Source: Octopus bimaculoides
Taxonomy: Eukaryota
Length of the DNA: 64,000 bases
Assembly: GCF_001194135.2 (NCBI RefSeq)
Contig: NC_068998.1
Location: 33,829,295-33,893,294 of the forward strand
Direction: 5' to 3'
This document shows, piece after piece, positions 61,051-64,000 of this stretch. The notes beneath the pieces were generated by a model. The model was not told the origin of the DNA. It made no database searches and worked only from the letters and a program-made list of their open reading frames with translations. Each line of letters opens with the position of its first letter. Position 1 is the stretch's first letter. The position numbers and the translations under genes are program-made.

Positions 61051-63319
61051 AGATATATTTTATAACATGAGCATATTGATATATATAATGTTAAAAGCAA
61101 ATGTAAATTTCCATACAGTGTACAAGAAGAACATATAGCTACATATAAATTATAAGATAAGGCATATATTTGTTTAATCTATAATAGTGTAGTGCATATG
61201 GTTGCATATAATTGCATATATTCTGTAACAGTGAGCATATAGTCCAGTTCTATAGTTATGAATACTACCTTAATTGATCCACTTTTAACATATTAGATCC
61301 TTTCAAATATTCTTTTAATAAATATATAAAGTTCAATTTTTAATTTAATGTATGTAAGGCTGAATTGATATGATATTTGATAACTGCCTACCTTTTCCTC
61401 CAGTCATCAAACCTGTTTTATTCAATTAGATTTTCATTTCCTGATCCTACTCTAGTTTTTCTCTAAATCTCACCCCTAGGAAATGAAACGTTTTTGCTTT
61501 CAACAACAATCATACGAGAAACTGATAATGACTCATATTAATCGTAATTAGGATGATGTAAAAACAAAGATGCAAGTGCTGTCATTTCTTTACTTATTAA
61601 AACAATGAAAGGTTGTAACCTCTGATTCCTAATTCCAGTTTTCCACTGAAGATATTTGCTTGAGGTTTTCATTATATAGTGTAAGAGTTCAGTTATCTCT
61701 GGAATGAAGATAATTGATAGATGACTATTGCCAATGCATGGGTACAGCAGATCATATGCATATACACTTGACAATTACTTCAATGTTAAACTTTATTAAA
61801 TGACTAACCCTAATTGCCTAAGTTGCTGTTATTTAGTCCCAGATCAGGACTGGTTGAACAGACCTATGGTCAAAGACATTCTAGCTATGACATCATATCC
61901 TTCACTTGGGCATTTACACTTACATTATCCAATCCCCCCTCACCCTTTTCACATCAGTTGGGTGAAATTTAGTAGAAATTTTGTGCTTCAGCTAATTTCA
62001 GCAGGTTGAGTAACTACATGGCAAGTGGATGCTTGTATGCTATCATGAGATCATGTAGCTCAAAATACATGACCTTCATTCCAAAGAAAGTCAGAGGCTT
62101 ATAGAAAAAGTTTTCTCATTACATGGAATAATTTGAACAATTACTTTTACTTTCTCTGGAATTGTTTGCTTGTTTTTCTATTGATTTTTTTGTGTATTTT
62201 AATTAAAAGAAGCAATTAAAGGCATTTTAATTGACTTCTCTGCTGATATCTTTAAGCTGAGGAATTTCATGTGCACTGTGGCTGTCATATATATTTCACT
62301 AAGCTGAAATCAGTCTTAGGGTAAATTTATATATAGATATTTTGTAAGAAATAAAACTGAAGTTTATCAAATGTTGACTTCCTTTACATTCTTAAAAGCC
62401 AATAGCACTCAGCATTGTTTCTTTAACCCACTTTGTAGAAAATTGGGTTAAACGAAGTTAAACCTCAATGAAGATTGAAACAAAGGATTATGTTGGAAAA
62501 CAAAAATGTGAGAAAGGGATTTAAATGAGAGGGGGTAAATAAAAATGTAGGATGATAAAGAAAAGGAAAAGAGAGATGAACAAAAAATGGGTTGAGTGAG
62601 AGGATGAGGGTGAAAAAGAAAGATGAAAGGTAAAGAAAGAAGAGAAAAAGAAAGATGAATGAGAGAGAAGAGAAAATTATTTTATCAAAATCTTATTAGT
62701 TTCCAGCATGATTATCCTGGAGCTAAGAAATACTGTCTTTTCTTATATTTTTATTCTGGAAATGCTAATAAAGCAAGAAAGAATGATAGTTATTTCGACC
62801 CTTTCATCTGTTTGTATTATTAAAGGTCAAACCAATAATCCCTGCTATTTCTTGGAATTTATTTTTAGAATTCATATCCATTGCTTTGATGTCTTTGTAC
62901 TTTTTCTCGTTCAAACAGATCTGAAAGGGATTTTAATTTTGAGGATAATTCCATTTATAAATGTCTTTTATGCTATGGTTATGTATGTGTGCATGTGTAT
63001 GTGTATGCATTAATATATTTACACACACACACACACACAACTTATACAATTGTGTGTGTGTGTATATATGTGTGAGAGAGAGAGAGAAAGAGAGAGATAG
63101 TGATTCTAAAATAAGGTTCTACAACAAAAGGATGATTTAACATTCAATATTTGTTTCTGCATTATTTCCTACTATAGGAAGATAACGTAAACAAGCTTCA
63201 GTCAACAACGGAAAAAAGTTTATTAAACATGAGGAAATAAAGAAATGTTCTTTTTCTCATGTCCTAAATTTTCAAGAGTGTCATAGCTTGCTATGTCAAG
63301 GCAGAGCCAAATTGACAGC

Positions 63320-63478
63320 CAAGGGATGTACTCATAAACAAGCTAGTCATCTCTATCATTCATGAGTGAGCATGGTTTGATAACATCTACCAGATAATTG
63401 ACTTTATAGGACACAAAGGACTCAACAAGTTTTATGGAGGTGTGAGAGGATACTATGATAAAATAAATTGTGGTTAAT

Positions 63479-63521
<43 letters not shown>

Positions 63522-63860
63522 GAGTCATAAAAAAATCAGCAGCTAAAAGAACTATCTCAGAGTAGCCAGTGACATGAGTTTGGATGATAAAAAGCCAAGA
63601 ATGGTATACAAAATACCACACAAGATGAATTTGTCATTTAGCAACACTGTTTCCATTTCAAGAGAAAGTGAACAGCACCTAGCAGCGATTGCAAATGATT
63701 CTGAAATGGAAGAGTAGATAATCTGAAGTTATCAACATTCTCCATCATTAAAATGCCATTAAAGAAATGGCAGTCTGTTTTTATTCTGGAGACAAAATGA
63801 CAGTTTGAATATGCCACTGTCTCAGTGACCTTCATCAGCACTGGATTGCCCTACTTTATC
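63320..63860 (+). pseudogene. Degenerate Ginger/KRBA2-SCAND3-like DDE integrase relic interrupted by (CA)n
   Basis: WFDNIYQIIDFIGHKGLNKFYGGVRGYYDKI resembles the integrase Zn-binding HH half. Downstream broken frames give DMSLDD...MVY, TT.FVI and APS...NGR. Many stops and frameshifts. Confidence 0.4.
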
Positions 63861-63956
63861 ACCAGTCAGACATAAGACTTAGAAGACTATATAAAAAAAA
63901 AAGTAAATAATACTTATGACCTCAAGTAATAACTCTAAGAAAGTAGAATGAATTTG

Positions 63957-64000
<44 letters not shown>

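Overview
AT-rich, repeat-dense eukaryotic DNA with five assembly gaps and very many (TA)n/(CA)n/(TGA)n microsatellites. The tRNA-headed SINE families resemble those I know from octopus (coleoid cephalopod); this is an inference from recalled families, not a database match. I found no intact protein-coding gene. The recognisable content is decayed mobile DNA: three mariner (DD34D-type) families, two copies of a DD37D/maT-like Tc1/mariner element, a TTAA-flanked piggyBac derivative nested in an RTE LINE, RTE fragments, two R4/Dong-like REL-endonuclease LINE pieces, a Ty1/copia-order LTR element with both LTRs, a Ginger/KRBA2-like integrase relic, about 18 SINE pieces and several Penelope-like element (PLE) remnants. 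The most interesting signal is tied to the PLEs. (i) Five long inverted repeats of about 100-570 bp per arm; three are demonstrably a PLE 3' end with an inverted copy of its terminal repeat. (ii) A set of minimal type I hammerhead-ribozyme motifs with palindromic stem III, in which the 3:8 core pair appears as C:G, G:C, U:A and C.A in different families. Other notable items are a 3' UTR stem-loop shared by the two R4-like pieces, a 42-bp hairpin array in an RTE 3' UTR, a 45-bp coding-like minisatellite and a few unverified exon candidates.
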